Shown: in pieces, positions 26,026 through 39,632 of the stretch
How positions within the stretch are numbered: the stretch's first letter is position 1
Layout: each line of letters opens with the position of its first letter
DNA from: Spirogloea muscicola
Taxonomy: Eukaryota
Length of the DNA: 56,684 nucleotides
Assembly (NCBI GenBank): GCA_009602725.1
Contig: WELB01000013.1
Span: 956,362 to 1,013,045 of the forward strand
Direction: 5' to 3'
Position numbers and translations under genes: made by a program
The notes under the pieces: generated by a model
What the model was told of the DNA's origin: nothing
Seen by the model: only the letters and a program-made list of their open reading frames with translations
The model's database searches: none

Positions 26026-26884
26026 CCGTTACACCACCCTTGCATTCCAAGCGCACGGCGCGCCATGCCACCACCCCACGCTCCGGGCCCTCCATCACTC
26101 AACACGCATATTGTTCCCCCCGCGAGGGGGGGCACAGCTGGCACAGGCGCCCCTACAAGAGCCAGCCGCGGGCCGCCTCCCGCCACATCGCACTTGCCCA
26201 CGGCTCTCGTCGCGCTGCTCCCCCGCGCCTGCGCTCCCCGCCGCGCCCCGCGCCCGCGCCCGCGCCCCGCGCNNNNNNNNNNNNNNNNNNNNNNNNNNNN
26301 NNNNNNNNNNNNNNNNNNNNNNNNNNNNNNNNNNNNNNNNNNNNNNNNNNNNNNNNNNNNNNNNNNNNNNNNNNNNNNNNNNNNNNNNNNNNNNNNNNNN
26401 NNNNNNNNNNNNNNNNNNNNNNNNNNNNNNNNNNNNNNNNNNNNNNNNNNNNNNNNNNNNNNNNNNNNNNNNNNNNNNNNNNNNNNNNNNNNNNNNNNNN
26501 NNNNNNNNNNNNNNNNNNNNNNNNNNNNNNNNNNNNNNNNNNNNNNNNNNNNNNNNNNNNNNNNNNNNNNNNNNNNNNNNNNNNNNNNNNNNNNNNNNNN
26601 NNNNNNNNNNNNNNNNNNNNNNNNNNNNNNNNNNNNNNNNNNNNNNNNNNNNNNNNNNNNNNNNNNNNNNNNNNNNNNNNNNNNNNNNNNNNNNNNNNNN
26701 NNNNNNNNNNNNNNNNNNNNNNNNNNNNNNNNNNNNNNNNNNNNNNNNNNNNNNNNNNNNNNNNNNNNNNNNNNNNNNNNNNNNNNNNNNNNNNNNNNNN
26801 NNNNNNNNNNNNNNNNNNNNNNNNNNNNNNNNNNNNNNNNNNNNNNNNNNNNNNNNNNNNNNNNNNNNNNNNNNNNNNNNNNNG

Positions 26885-27030
26885 GCCGCCAAGCCCAAGG
26901 CGGCCGCGCCCGGCCCGGCCGCCAAGCCCAAGGCGGCCGCGCCCGGCCCGGCCGCCAAGCCCAAGGCGGCCGCGCCCGGCCCGGCCGCCAAGCCCAAGGC
27001 GGCCAGGTCCGGCCTGGCAGCCAAGCCGGG
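26885..27030 (+). repeat. 33-bp tandem repeat (~4 copies) encoding AAKPKAAAPGP; possible exon of a gene whose start lies in the N-gap
   Basis: gccgccaagcccaaggcggccgcgcccggcccg x3 plus a partial copy, followed by a gtgagt donor-like site. Confidence 0.7.
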
Positions 27031-27829
27031 TGAGTGCCCGCCCCCTGCCGCCGCATTGCCCTCTGCCTGTGTTCCCCGGCGACCCTTGGCCGGAATGAGT
27101 GCCCAGGTCGCCGACGCCCGGCGCAAGCCAGGGGAGGTCAGCAAGACCAGGGCGGGTGTGGCTGCGGACACGCGGCCGCCAGCACCTGTGCTCAGCACGT
27201 CAGCCGGCATGCCGACACGATCGGCTGCCTTTCTCAAGTAGGACATCCTCAAACCTGCACATATCTCTCCTCCCAATGCTTGGTCCTGCACAATGCTGGT
27301 CCTGCTCGCCCTCCGCTGCGCGGCTCCAAGGCGTCCTGGAGCAGCTGGCCTGCTCGGTTGCCTTGACGTTTGGGATGGGGTGTGCTGGACTGCTTTGTCG
27401 GGTGTGTGCTGGACTGCTGCGCTGGCTAGTTGCCACGATGAGCAGCTGCAGCCTCTGTCTATGCGATCCCATGCTGCCACTAACTTGAGGCACTCTGCAT
27501 GCCTTGCAGGCCCAACGGCAAGGGCAAGCCTGCTGCCAAGGTGCGGCCATGGCTGTGACGGCCTCTTTTGAAGCCATACGCCCGAACCAAGTTCCTTCCC
27601 GTCCCTGATGGTTGTACAGGCCTCCGACCTCAGTAGATTGACTCGGTATGATACTCCGCCTGCCCACGTGCCCGCCCGCCCGCAGAGTCTTTCAGAAGGA
27701 GATGCAGAGTATTGCTGGGAGGGGTAGAGTGGCACATTGATCGCACAAACCGAGGCTCCCACTCACACCAGCTTGCTGTCCCTCAATCTCGTTCATGCCA
27801 ACTTGCCGTAAAAGTGCGTCACTTAGAAG

Positions 27830-30665
27830 AAGCCAAGTCGACTCATGTGTCATAATGCACCAAGGGCTGACATCTCAGTCATGTATTCTGACGCATTACG
27901 TCAAGGCCGAGGTAGTCCAGCATAGTACGAGTGCACACTGACGCTGGCTATTGCACTTTCACAACTTGGTGCAGGTGACGAACACTTTTCAGGACCATTC
28001 TTTTCATCATCGTATAGTTGAAGATGTCGGATATGAGATTGATGACATTGATAATGAAGTCGACGATAATGAGAATATCGTTGATATATGATCAATGGTA
28101 TTCTCATTATCATCAACAATATTCTCATTATCATCGACTTCGTTATCAATGTCATCAATCTCCAACATCTTCAACGATACTACCAATGTCATCGACTTGA
28201 TATCCATTCATCAACCGATTATCAGTACCATCAACCAGATCATCAATTACATCATTTTCAGTATCAGTGTCATTAACTTCACTTTCAATGTCTTCCATGA
28301 CATCAATACCATCAACATCATTTTAAATATCATCAGCTTCAGTATCAATGTCATCAACCAAATTGTTGATAATCTTCAACCATATTCAATGTCATCAAGC
28401 AAAACATTGAGTGTCATCAACCATATCATCAACATCATCAACCATATCATCTGAAGAAGCTAAGTCAACTCATGTGTCATAGTGCACCGAGGCCTGACAT
28501 CTTAGTCATGCATTTTGACGCATCGTTTCACATTGAGGTTGAGATAGTCCAGCATAGTACGAGTGCACACTGATGCTGGCTATCTGACGCTGACTTTCAC
28601 CACTCGGTGCAGGTGATGAGCACTTTCAGGACCACTTCTTTTATCATCAATATGATCAACCATATCATCAATATCATCGACTTCATTATTGATGTCATCA
28701 AATTGTTATCAATATCTTCAACTACATTGCCAATATCATCGACTTCATTATCAATGTCGTCGACCAATTATCAGTACCATCAACCAGATTATCGATATCA
28801 TCAACTTCATTATCAATATCATCGCCTTCCTTATCAATATCTTCCATAATATCAATATCAGTACCCTTATTTTCAATATCATCAGCTTCATAATCAATGT
28901 CATCAACCAAAGTATTGGTTATCTACAACAACAACCATATTGTCAATGTCGTCAAGCAAAACATTAAATATCATCAACCATATTATCAACAACATCAACC
29001 ATATCATCTGAAGAAGATAAGTCGACTCATATGTCATAGTGCACCAAGAGCTGACATCCCAGTTATGCATTCTGACACATCATTCCACACCGAGGTTGAG
29101 GTAGTCCAGCATAATACGAGTGCAAACTGACGCTGGCTATTGCACTTTCACCACTTGGTGCAGGTGATGAGCACATTTCAGGACCATTTCTTTCAGTATC
29201 AACATCATCAACCATACAGCATCAATATTACTATGACTCCCACATCAGCAGTCATCGTGACGGCGCTATCGCCTACCAATCCTATCCAATTTTATCAACG
29301 ACCACTTCTCCCACTTCCGCGACGCCCAACGGCCAACACCGGATACCCGACGGCAGATATCGTCGTGAAGGCGTGCAGTCTTCTTGCTTTGTTCATCGCC
29401 ATGTTCATCGCCAAAGTATCGTATGATGATCATGAAATTCATGTTTCAGGGATGACACATCGTCTGTTAGGAACACCTCATGCCACAGCCTCACATGTGA
29501 CACACTAGGCTGAAGCTCGTTTGCTCAACTGTGGCTGAGATTTCACTGATCACTATTATCATAAGATATGCATTTCCACATTTGGGTCCACACATGTGTT
29601 GTTGCAGATGTGCGTGCTTATGGTTCTTGCTTGTTCTTATGATGCCCAATGACTTCAGTCGGAAAAGCAGATCTGGGAAGCTTACATTTCACTGGTAAAC
29701 ATTCACATGGCATGGATAATATAAGCGCACATCACTTGTGATGCATTTTCGCTTGTCAGAGTTGATTACATGGAAATATCTCAACCTCTGTCATGTTGAT
29801 AAGCACATTGATGTCTACTCCTGTATTATGCTGACCTTGTCAGATATTGAAATTTGCTGCTCGATGTACTTGTCAATGACAGAGGCAGCAAGTAAATCCC
29901 GAATGTCTACATTGTTTGATGCAAATGTGAAGAGAAAAAGGATAGACCGAGACACTGTCCTCAACCCTGAAGACCTTCTTGCAATAAGATATTGGCGGCA
30001 GCAGTATGAACATAGTCACACTTGACACGTCTTGGTTTCTCATACATGATTTTGCCCCTTTTTGCCCAGAAATATATTTGATAACTTCTACCATTATATT
30101 GCTTCTCTATGGTGTTTTATTTAGCATTTCTTCTCGATATTACTATCCACCTCTAGTTCGCAATGTGAGCTGGTTAGGATTATGTAGTATTTTAATAACT
30201 GTTCTTTTAACAGGCTCTCGAGGCACACAAGCAAATATGTTTTATGACAATTGCATTCATGACAATTTTACCTACTTTTATTAGTCAGTACTGCAAGCAC
30301 TATTTTGTTGTGCATCTACATGCACACTGCTTGTGCCTCGCTAGGAGCAAGTAAAACGAACATAGGTCGACTAGCAAGTGCGAGGAAGGTCAAAGTCTTG
30401 CTGAGCAGTCTTTTTGAAGGTCTCTTCTGTTCTTTTCAACACTCCAATTCTTTTTGGAGGTCCAGGCAATGGCATGTCTTGTTGTCACGGAGTGCCTGAG
30501 TGAAATAGTGAAGTCGCAATGCGTAGGCCTTGCCTCAGCCCCACCAACTCGTGCTGGTGTTGTGCGGATTGTACCGCACCTTCTGATCCAAAGCTGCCCC
30601 TCTGGCTGGCAGATGCACCCGTTCAGGTGCCCTCCCGCTGTCTGCTGGGTCTTCACGACAAGGGA
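27830..30665. repeat. Right (inverted) copy of the AT-rich tandem-unit repeat, three core units
   Basis: Cores at ~27835-28000, 28455-28635 and 29010-29190 are reverse complements of the 16480/16980 cores. 29200-30665 matches 15330-16470 inverted. Confidence 0.85.
30030..30308 (+). pseudogene. nad2: NUMT: 5' fragment of mitochondrial NADH dehydrogenase subunit 2
   Basis: AT-rich frame HDF..PEIYLITSTIILLLYGVLFS..YYYPPLVRNVSWLGL..DNFTYF..LVSTASTI resembles the plant nad2 N-terminus (PEIF.INAT.ILL.HGVVFSTS..YDYPPL..NV.WLGL..DNFTYF). Confidence 0.9.
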
Positions 30666-31419
30666 AGAATTTGAGTTCCCGCTTGACAGGACTGGGAAGG
30701 GGAAGTCGTGCCCATTCACTAAGATGCACGTGGCCTAGGAGCTGCTTGTGGCTTTCACGGCCGTAGTCCTGCTTTTCCCTCTTCGTCCCTCCAACTTGTA
30801 CAGACGGTACTGAGGAGGCCCCTCTTTATTTTCTTTGCACACTTGACTGTCAGTACTCTCGTGGCCAGTGTCGTGCCAGTGTGAATGGCCATATACAGCA
30901 CACAATTGTGATGATATCACATGGTTGGAATATCGAATGCCGTGAGAAAGACAGCTTCACAGATGGTTGGAGGAGCTGGGCAGCTCATCAGGTGGACGAC
31001 AGGGAGACTCAAGCCGCTTCATCGCGACAAAGAAAAGCGCGACCCCGGAGTCGTGGTGCAAGACAGTGTGGAGCTGGCATGGGAGACGTTGATGGAGGGC
31101 GACTGATCTGGAGTCAATCGTTCCTGGGAGACTTCAGGGGAAGACCGTTAATGGGAGACCGTAGTGGTAGACCGTCATCAGTGGACCGTTGGTAGAAGAC
31201 CGCTGGCGTGGAAAAGCCTTGGTGACTACTCTTACAGACCGAGGGTACTTGAAGGCCCGAAGGCTGCCCGGAAGGCTATGTGGGGAAGATGTGAGATTGT
31301 CGGGGTGGGTGAGTTCCTTTCCGACCCTCATTTGCATACGTGCCATTGGCCAAACCCATCAAACCTTCCAGCTTTTCCTCTGTAGCTACGCGCTTGGGCC
31401 TGATTGATCTGGTCATCCT

Positions 31420-33477
31420 TTTCAAGTCCGTCCCACCGGGCGTCGATGTGCACGGGGCTTTCGGGTCTCAGTGGCTCAACCTGTTGGCCCGGCTTGCGCA
31501 ACACGCTGTGTCCTGCAGGCGAGGCGAGCAGGCCGACTTTAACCCCGCTGGCTCGCTAGCGCAGGTGTGTCGCATGAACCTGTCCATATTGCTCCAGTGG
31601 TCCATGGCCCACGCCTTGCCTCTGCGTGCTGGCCGTGCTCTAGCTGCAGCATCTGGCGTTCGTCAAGGGAATTCCTTTCCCGGCGGCCAGTCTTTCTGAC
31701 TTGCGGCTGCTAACTCAAATTTATTAAGTGATTATCCTACGTGGTCCTTGCTTATCTTTCAGCACTTTTCGGCCCCTTTCGGACCTTTGTCGTACCTTTT
31801 CGGACTGGCTGTTCACAGCCCTCGCCCCCTTTAGGAGAGCCACTTTCTTCTTTTTCTGCCAAGCCGGTCGCGCCCTTGCAGCCCTCGCCCTCTTGTTAAT
31901 TTGATCTGCACTTGTTGACTAGAGGTCATTGAGCGCCCACTCGCAGGAGTTACAAGGGGTAGTTTCATTCTTTTGCACCTTTCGGCCCTTCCAGGCATTG
32001 TACATTTGTTTGGGCTGGCCTCTCACAGCCACTGCTGTCAATCTGGAAGCGCTTTTTCTCACAGCCACTGCCGTTAATTAAAAGAGCTGTTGCATGCAGC
32101 AGCCTTCGACTTGCGAAGCGGGTTGCTCTCGGACTTTCTATTGCTGACACGGGGGTAGTTAGAGCCCCCAGTTTGCCTGTTGCTTCGCTACTGTAGCTAT
32201 GAACACCCTCTGTATGCACCCGCCTGGCAAAGAAGTGGCTCTTCCAATGGGGGCAAAGGCTGTGATAAGCCAGCCCGAACAAAGAACTGACAAGATTCGA
32301 AGGGGCTAAACGACGAAGGGGCCAAAAGCGCTAATAGAACTGGGTAGGATGACTCACTCAACAACTACGAACGAGGAGCCGCAAATCCGAAAGGCTGCCG
32401 GAAACAATTCCCCTGACGAATGCCAGAGGCTGCAGCAAGAGCACGGCCAGCGTGCAGGTGCAAAGCGTGGGCCATGGACCGCTGTGAGGGAAGTGGAGAG
32501 TCGCCAGCGGTAGACCTGGGCTAACGAGCCAGCGGCGTTGAAGACAGCCTGCTCACCCCGCCGTAGGGACACAGAGAGACAGCGCAGCCTGATTGACTGG
32601 TGGCTGTGAGAGGCCAGCCCAAAGGAATGGACAAAGTCTGAAGGAGCCGGATGGAGCAGAAAGCGCGGCCAGATTGACTGGTGGCTGTGAGAGGCCAGCC
32701 CAAAGGAATGGACAAGGTCTGAAGGAGCCGGAATGCCCAAGTGCTAAGTGCTGAGACAGCAGCAAGGAGACTCTCAGTAACCGCTAGTCAGTAGATGCAG
32801 TAGATGCAGAACGCAAGGTACTAAGTGTCAAGACAGCGTGGCCTCGCAAGCCTGGCTAGCAGGTCGAGGTCGACTGGGACTCGAGAGCGTCGTGCACGTC
32901 CACGGCCTGGCAAAGGGAACTGGAGTGTGTATGCCCCTAGCGTGCACAGCTGTGTGGACTGGGCGCCTTTCGGCCCTTTCTGAAACCTCGTCCATTCTTT
33001 CTGGCCATCCACGGGCTCACCTCCTGGCTTCTACAGCTTGGGGATAGTTTTCCGGCAGCTAGTCTGTCGGATTTGAGACTCCTCACTCGTGACTACTGAG
33101 TGGTCCATCCTCCCCCGTTCTGACATAGCATCTTCAGGCCCCTTAGTAGCTGCTTTTAGCGTTTATTAAGGCCCCTCCATCATTTGGCCCCTTCGAACCG
33201 TTGTCAATTCTTTTTCGGGCGGCTTTTTCACAGCCCTTACACCCGTTGGGAGTGCCACTTCTATATACAGGGGATAGTTTACCGGCAGCTAGTCTGTCGG
33301 ATGTGAGGCTCCTCACTCGTAACTACTAAGTGGTCCATCCTCCCCCGTTCTACCATAGCCTCTTCAGGCCCCGCAGTCGCTGCTTAGCTCGTAGTTTGGC
33401 CCCTTCGAACCTTGTCAATTCTTTTCGGGCTGGCTTCTCGCAGCCCTTGCCCCCAATGGAAGAGCCACTTCTTCTAT
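31420..33477. mobile_element. Cluster of CRE-like 3' fragments
   Basis: VDVHGAFGSQWLNLLARLA..RAGRALAAASG C-termini on both strands and stacked 3' UTR modules. Confidence 0.85.
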
Positions 33478-33573
33478 GTACAGCCGCTCTTCTGCTGTCA
33501 GCAGTGGCGAGGGCTCCCTAGAACCCCGAACCCTCGTCGTGGTGGGCGCCCCTCAGGACTTGCGCCGGGAAAC

Positions 33574-33607
<34 letters not shown>

Positions 33608-33608
33608 G

Positions 33609-33745
33609 ATGGCGGGCAAGGGGCCCAGCGGCGGCGGCGGCGGTGGCGGCGGCAGCAGAGCGCAGACGAACAAGGCGCACAAGTCGCGCTTCGCGGCCAA
33701 GTCGCAGCGCACCCGCCACAAGACGGCGCGCCGTCAGCGCCTCTC

Positions 33746-33777
<32 letters not shown>

Positions 33778-33936
33778 GCGCGGCGCTGCTGCAGGGCACC
33801 TCTGCTAGCCCCCGGCGTTGGAGCTCGGGGGATTTCTGACGATTCAGATGCGGGCTGTCATCGGCGGCTTGCGCAGAGGAGGCGAGGCCCGGCGGCGAGG
33901 CGCGGCAGGCGCACCGGGCGGCGGCGGCGGCGGCGN

Positions 33937-33997
<61 letters not shown>

Positions 33998-36900
33998 GCC
34001 GAGCGCCGCGCCGGCGGGGCCTCCGGCGGCGCGCCGCTGGTCCTGGTGAGGCCGCCGCAGCCGGCCCGCCTGCCGGCCATTGCCGGATCTCCTTCGAGGC
34101 AACTTGCAGCGAAGCCCACTTCCGCAGCGAAGCGTCAGTGCTGACGGTCTCTCTGTGACGCCTTCGCTGTTGCTCACCGCTGCCGCCGCTGCCGTCGCAA
34201 CTCCGCAGGTACTGGTGGGGCTCTCCGCCAGCGGTGACGTAGGCCACGTGCGCGCGCAGCTCCTCGCGGCGTGCCGCGACGGCGCCACGGAGGAGGCCGC
34301 CTGCGACGGCATGGACGGCGTGGAGGGCGGCGCGCCTGCCCACGACGAGCCGGCGGGGATGGCCACCGTGGCCGTGCCAAACCACAAGCTCCGCCTCACG
34401 GTCAGCGGCGCCCGCCGGCGTTGGCGCTGGTCCAGCGTCCTGTGAGGCGCGACGCGCCCTGCCTCACAGTGTGGCCAATGCCTTCGCCGGCTGCTGCGCC
34501 GTCTGTTTCGCAGGTCCTGGCGCCCCCTCGGCATGATCTGGCGGCTTGCCTGCAAGCTTTCAAGGTGCAGGCTACCGTAGATCGCGCCGCAGCATTGCTC
34601 ACAGTGCGTCCGCAGCCCACTTCAGAACCTGACTTGTGTTCCGGTTTACGGAGCTGGTGGTGGCGGCGTCAGATCGCCGATGTACTGGCATGGGTCGTGC
34701 CAGCGGCGGGCGGTGACGGAGGTGCCAGCGGCGGTGATGGCCCCGGCGGCAACGGCGACCCCGGCGCAGCCGCGCGCTCGCGGTTGCTGCTCAGCGTTGC
34801 CCGGGCTCAGGGCCTCCCGTCGGTCGTCGGCATCGTCCAGGGCTTGGTGGACGTGCTGCCCAAGCGGCGAGCCGATGCGCGGCGGCTTGCCACAAATTTG
34901 CTGCACGGGCAGTTTCCTGGCTGCCGAGCCTTCCCCGTTGACACCGCCAACGACTGCCAGCAGGTCGCGCCCTTCCTCGACACAGACATCTAGCGGCGAA
35001 GCCACGACTGAGCGGCCATGGCTCTGCAGCGTCATGGCTCAGTCCTCTGATTGCAGCCCCTGATGCCGCTGTCTTGGTGGCCCCTGTCATCTTGTCCAGC
35101 TCCTCCGCCACCTGGCGGAGGCGAGGCCCGCAGCGCCGGCCTGGCGTGCAGCCCGCCCCTACGTCATAGCTCACGAGGTTTGGCACTCTGACCGCCTCGC
35201 CGGATACAACCAGCCCATCCGGTTGCTAGGTCTAAGCAAGCATGGGGCTCCATGCAAGTCCACCACGAAGCTCTGAGCATCCAAGTGGTGTATGTCTGCG
35301 TGCTGGGACATCAGATTGCATACGAGGCTGGAACACTGCTCCTGTCGGGCTACGTGCGCAGCCGCGGGTTGGATGTCAACGGCCTGGTGATGCTCGCACC
35401 TCTTCCTTGTCCTGGTCAATCGTGTAGCACTTTCCATCCTCCCGTCTACCTGGGCGCCTGCAGACGCTCCCAGTCCTGAGGGAGGCTTGGACCTCAGCTG
35501 TAGGTTGTCAATATGTTGAAGATGCGCCATCAAAGCTGCTGCAGCGAGGTTGTTCAGAAGCGACGAGAACTGCAATAGTGTCTTGTCGTAAGGTCCTGCA
35601 GCAAAGTCCAGCAGAGAAAGCCAGCCTCTATTGTGAAGGCTGCAATTACCCTGTCATGCTTTGACGACTCTCTCAAGGTGTCCGCTTCTACTCAAGGGAT
35701 AGGAGCACTCCAAATTTCTCTCGATGCCTTGCAAACAATTGCTGCTACAGGCCAGATTGTTGGCTTTGGTTTTTGAGAATGCATACCCACTCCTACTTGG
35801 TCGTAAGCTACAATTGAATCTGACTTTCCAATTTTTATGTGTGGCGGGGAGGCTAGGTCCACATTTCTGGCTATGGCAGCTACCAGCTGTCCCAGATTGA
35901 CGGGCCGGAGGACCCCTGCCCGTTGCACGGGGGCCGCAAGGCAACTGTGATTGCTGACCGAATGGACTCCAGCTTCGCTGGCTCTGCTGAGGTCCTGGCG
36001 GAGGCAGACCCGGTCCTGCAGGAGAGAGTTGTGGTCGAGCACGACCCTGACCCCTTGGCCGGCGAGCAGGTCAAGTCCAAGTCTCACTACGATGAACACC
36101 CTGCTCGCCAGATGAGCCGCTTTGGCCTTGCAGTAGTCCTCCCAAGTCATGCGAGGGTGCATTCAGTCCAACAAGCTGACATGAGCTGACGTCTCACACA
36201 GACACGCGCCGCTTTGCACACAGACATGGCCGACCGAGGAGGAAATGCAAGATGCTGTGGAGGAGTGGCGGTCAGCAAGCCTCAAACAGCGGCGGGTTCC
36301 CAAGGGCACATCCAGCTACCAGGCGAGCCGCCAGGCCTCACGGCATCCCGCTCAGAGCTGTAATGATGCTCTCCATTGGTCAATCCTGCATGATCATGTG
36401 TGTATCTGGCATGCTGATGCACTTATTGTCGCCACGCAGGCGGCATGGATACTGGATGATGGTTCCGATGTGGAGGACGGTGAGGACGGCGAGGAGGGCG
36501 ACGCCAACATGGCCAAGGAGGATGGCCATGACGAGGGAGGCGACGAGGACGAGGGTGGTAATAGCGACTGGGAGGACCTGGGCACAACGGAGGACATGGA
36601 GGGCAAGCGGCGACGCTCGTCCTCGCGGGCAACCTCGACATGGGGTGACACTGACGAGGACCCGGCCGCTGGCATGGATGTGGGTCTTGCTCCTCTTTGG
36701 GTCTGGTCGTGTTCCACTGTGTGTTACTGGTTGTATCTTGGACTGCCGCTGCTGAAGCTTGTGCTGACTTCCTCTGCCACGGCTCCCATTGTAAGACTTC
36801 GGAAATGTGCCTTACCTCTTGGTCGTCTATATTTTCTGCGTCCCAGGAGGATGAGGCCATGACAGCAGAGCAACGGGAGGAGGATTGGCAGAGGCTCAAA

Positions 36901-39133
36901 GCTGCCCACCGGTCTGACCAAGGTTCGGCTGCCCCTTGTCACTCTTTTGACTATTTGATGTTTTATTGATTTATTGACTTTCCTACCTTTTTCAAGCAGG
37001 CTTTAGGTGGTCATGCAAGCTGGTGCGTGCTCGTCTAACTATCTTGTGGTCCATCAGCTCCCTTTTGCTTCTTGTATTCGGGCAATAGGATAGGTTACAA
37101 TTGTGCATCTCGCTTGACATGCGTGAACACTGCTTTCTCACTTAGACAATAGGACCAAGTGTCTATCTCTCTTGACAAACTTGACTAAGATATGGTATGG
37201 GTGATGAATCAAAGCAACAAAGATCCTGAGCCAGGTGTGTAGTCCCCATCACAACCATTGGGTTCCATTGTAAGGAGCTATTGTGCAGCGTAATTGTGCA
37301 GAGTTTCCCGATGAGATGGACACGCCCATGGACGTGCCTGCCCGTCAGCGGTTTGCCAAGTACCGCGGTCTCAAGTCATTCAGGACGTCACCCTGGGACG
37401 CCAAGGTGAGGCCACCTCAAGCATTTGAAGACCAGCCTTCTGCTGACAGTTAGAAGATTCTCTTTCCGCCTTGCTTAATGCTGGCAGTGCTTTTGCTGAG
37501 GCAGGAGGGGTACGTTCTTTGCCACTACAATAACGGTTTGTGAAGGGTTCGACTAATGCCCAGGCTTTGAGTAACAGGAAGCGCTCCCTCCTGAGTATGC
37601 AAGAATCTTTTCCTTCGACAACTACAAGCGTACTCAGAAGCACGTCAAGGCCAAGATGGCCAACCAGGACACCTCTAGCCTGGTGCATCGTGGGCGATTT
37701 GTGCGGCTCCACATTGCCAACTTTCCTGCCGAGGCTGCTGGTGTGCCATCTCACCCACACTTGTGCCATGCTCTCATCTGAAGATTTGACAAGGGTGTAG
37801 GCTTTAGGGGATGACGGTCTGCTTCAGGGTCATTGATCAGGTGGACATAGTTCTGCAAAGCATCATGATGCTTGATCATGTATGGCGTGACGGTCAGTAA
37901 TACCTGGACGCCGCTGTGGTTCAGAAAGCTTGGCAAAGTCTACAATGCCAGTTGTGGTATGTGGGCTCCTTCAACATGAGACAAAGATGTCACTTTTGCA
38001 TTTTGCGCTACGCAAGGCAGAGGCATTTACCGAGCCTGTCAAGGCCAAGCAGCCCCTCCTCTTCCACACCGGCTTCCAACAATATGTCGCTAGGTGGGGC
38101 CGTTATGCAAGGGTGGAGCTGCAGCTGTCTCTCTCTTTTCGCAGCTCGCAGGGTACTCGAATAGAGCGTTGGATGCTGGCAGCCGTCTTAATGTATTTGG
38201 GTATTCTATAAGATGTTGTCAGCTGAAGTTGGATTGGTTGACGTAGGCCGATTTACTCGAGCGACGACCCCAATGTGGACAAGCACAAGGCGGAGAGGTT
38301 TTTGCAGCCAGGGAGATTCTGCATTGCGTCGGTGTATGCTCCCATCTCGTTTCCACCGCTGCCCCTCCTGGCTTTCAGGACAGATGGTGCTGGCGGCCTC
38401 GATCTGGTTGCCACAGGTAGCCTTCGGGGCGTGGATGCGAACCGCGTCATACTGAAGCGGATCGTGCTGTCGGCGTACCCCTTCAGCGTCTCCAAGCGCA
38501 AGGCGGTGGTCCGGTACATGTTCCACAATCCAGAGGACGTTCGCTGGTTCAAGGTGAACTTCTTTGAAGAACAGTGCAATTCTCAGCTTATGCCTGTCAG
38601 TAATGAATTAGAAAGGTATAAATATGGCTGATCTTGCTCACTTTTGCTAAGGTGCTCAAGCTCTGTCACGAGCTTTTATTGCGGCTACAGTAGAGTACAT
38701 GACAAGAGTCATTGATATTAAGCCTATTTGAGCATGCTTTCAATTTTGCAATGCTGGGCTGCAGCCACTGGAGCTCTGGACAAAGTATGGTCGCCGGGGT
38801 CGAATTAAAGAGCCAGTGGGGACCAAAGGTGTGCTCATTGGGCAAGAAGTATGGCAACGAGAGCGCTCTGCCCAAGCTGCCGTGTTCGTCTATAAGAGCG
38901 TGTCGTGCATCTGAGCACATTATGTGAAGATAAGAGCATTGCGTAGTAGTGCCAAGCTGCCGCCCTTGCTTGCACAAATGTGCTGACAAACCCTCGGTGT
39001 GCCACTGCCTCGCTCACTCTTGGTGGCCGCAGGGAGCATGAAGTGCATCTTTGACGGCGTGGTGCAGCAGCGGGATGCCGTATGTGTCAGTCTCTACAAG
39101 CGCGTCTTCCCCAGGTGGCCCACGGAGGATTGA
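33609..39133 (+). CDS. TSR1: Pre-rRNA processing protein TSR1 (BMS1/TSR1 family), multi-exon; 5' part contains an assembly artefact
   Basis: [142 protein letters not shown]. Confidence 0.96.
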
Positions 39134-39632
39134 TCCCCTGGTAGCTATTGATGCCGCTGGCCAATGGTCAGGCCTTTTGCGGCCTCTGCGCCAAGTTTTG
39201 CCGCATGTCTCGTGACCTGGCCGTCTTACTGCAAGCAGGAGCCCTTCTCTGTGTAGAAGGCACTTGGTCACTGCCGCTTTGTTGCTTCCTGGGCCATACC
39301 GTGACATACTCACTTGGCCAAGGGCAAAGGGGTGTCGCTGGACCAAGAGAGGTCACTAAATTGGCGCTGCCGAGCTGTGGGTGCTGCCATCGTGCCCGAG
39401 CCGGCAGCCAGGGTGTCCCTAAGCCAGCTCGGTCAGGTGTACAAGGCGGCCAGGGTGCGCCTCGGTGTGAAGCTCGGTCGTGGAGGTGGCTCTGCCAGGC
39501 TGACGACCAAGTTGGTCGCCTGCCGATTGCTGGAATCACACGCTGTCAAGCTTTTGTAGTAATCGCTGGCAGTGCCAAGATATCACTCACACTTTGCCTG
39601 CGGAGCATGGTGCTGTGTTGGGTATTAGGATC

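Noticed and set aside
26273..26883. Long ORFs spanning the N-gaps (also 39858-40524 and 51476-52223)
   Set aside because: They are artefacts of translating N runs.
12915..33477. Same-family 3' ends in inverted orientation at both edges of the repeat region, as possible TIRs of one giant element
   Set aside because: This family end occurs many times in both orientations, internal blocks at ~13500 and ~32700 are in direct orientation, and no flanking TSD was seen.
33936..33993. Poly-T run next to a single n inside TSR1, and the similar poly-T at 40597-40689
   Set aside because: Both abut (GGC)n tracts or gaps and interrupt coding context. They are most likely sequencing or gap-filling artefacts, not retroposed poly-A tails.
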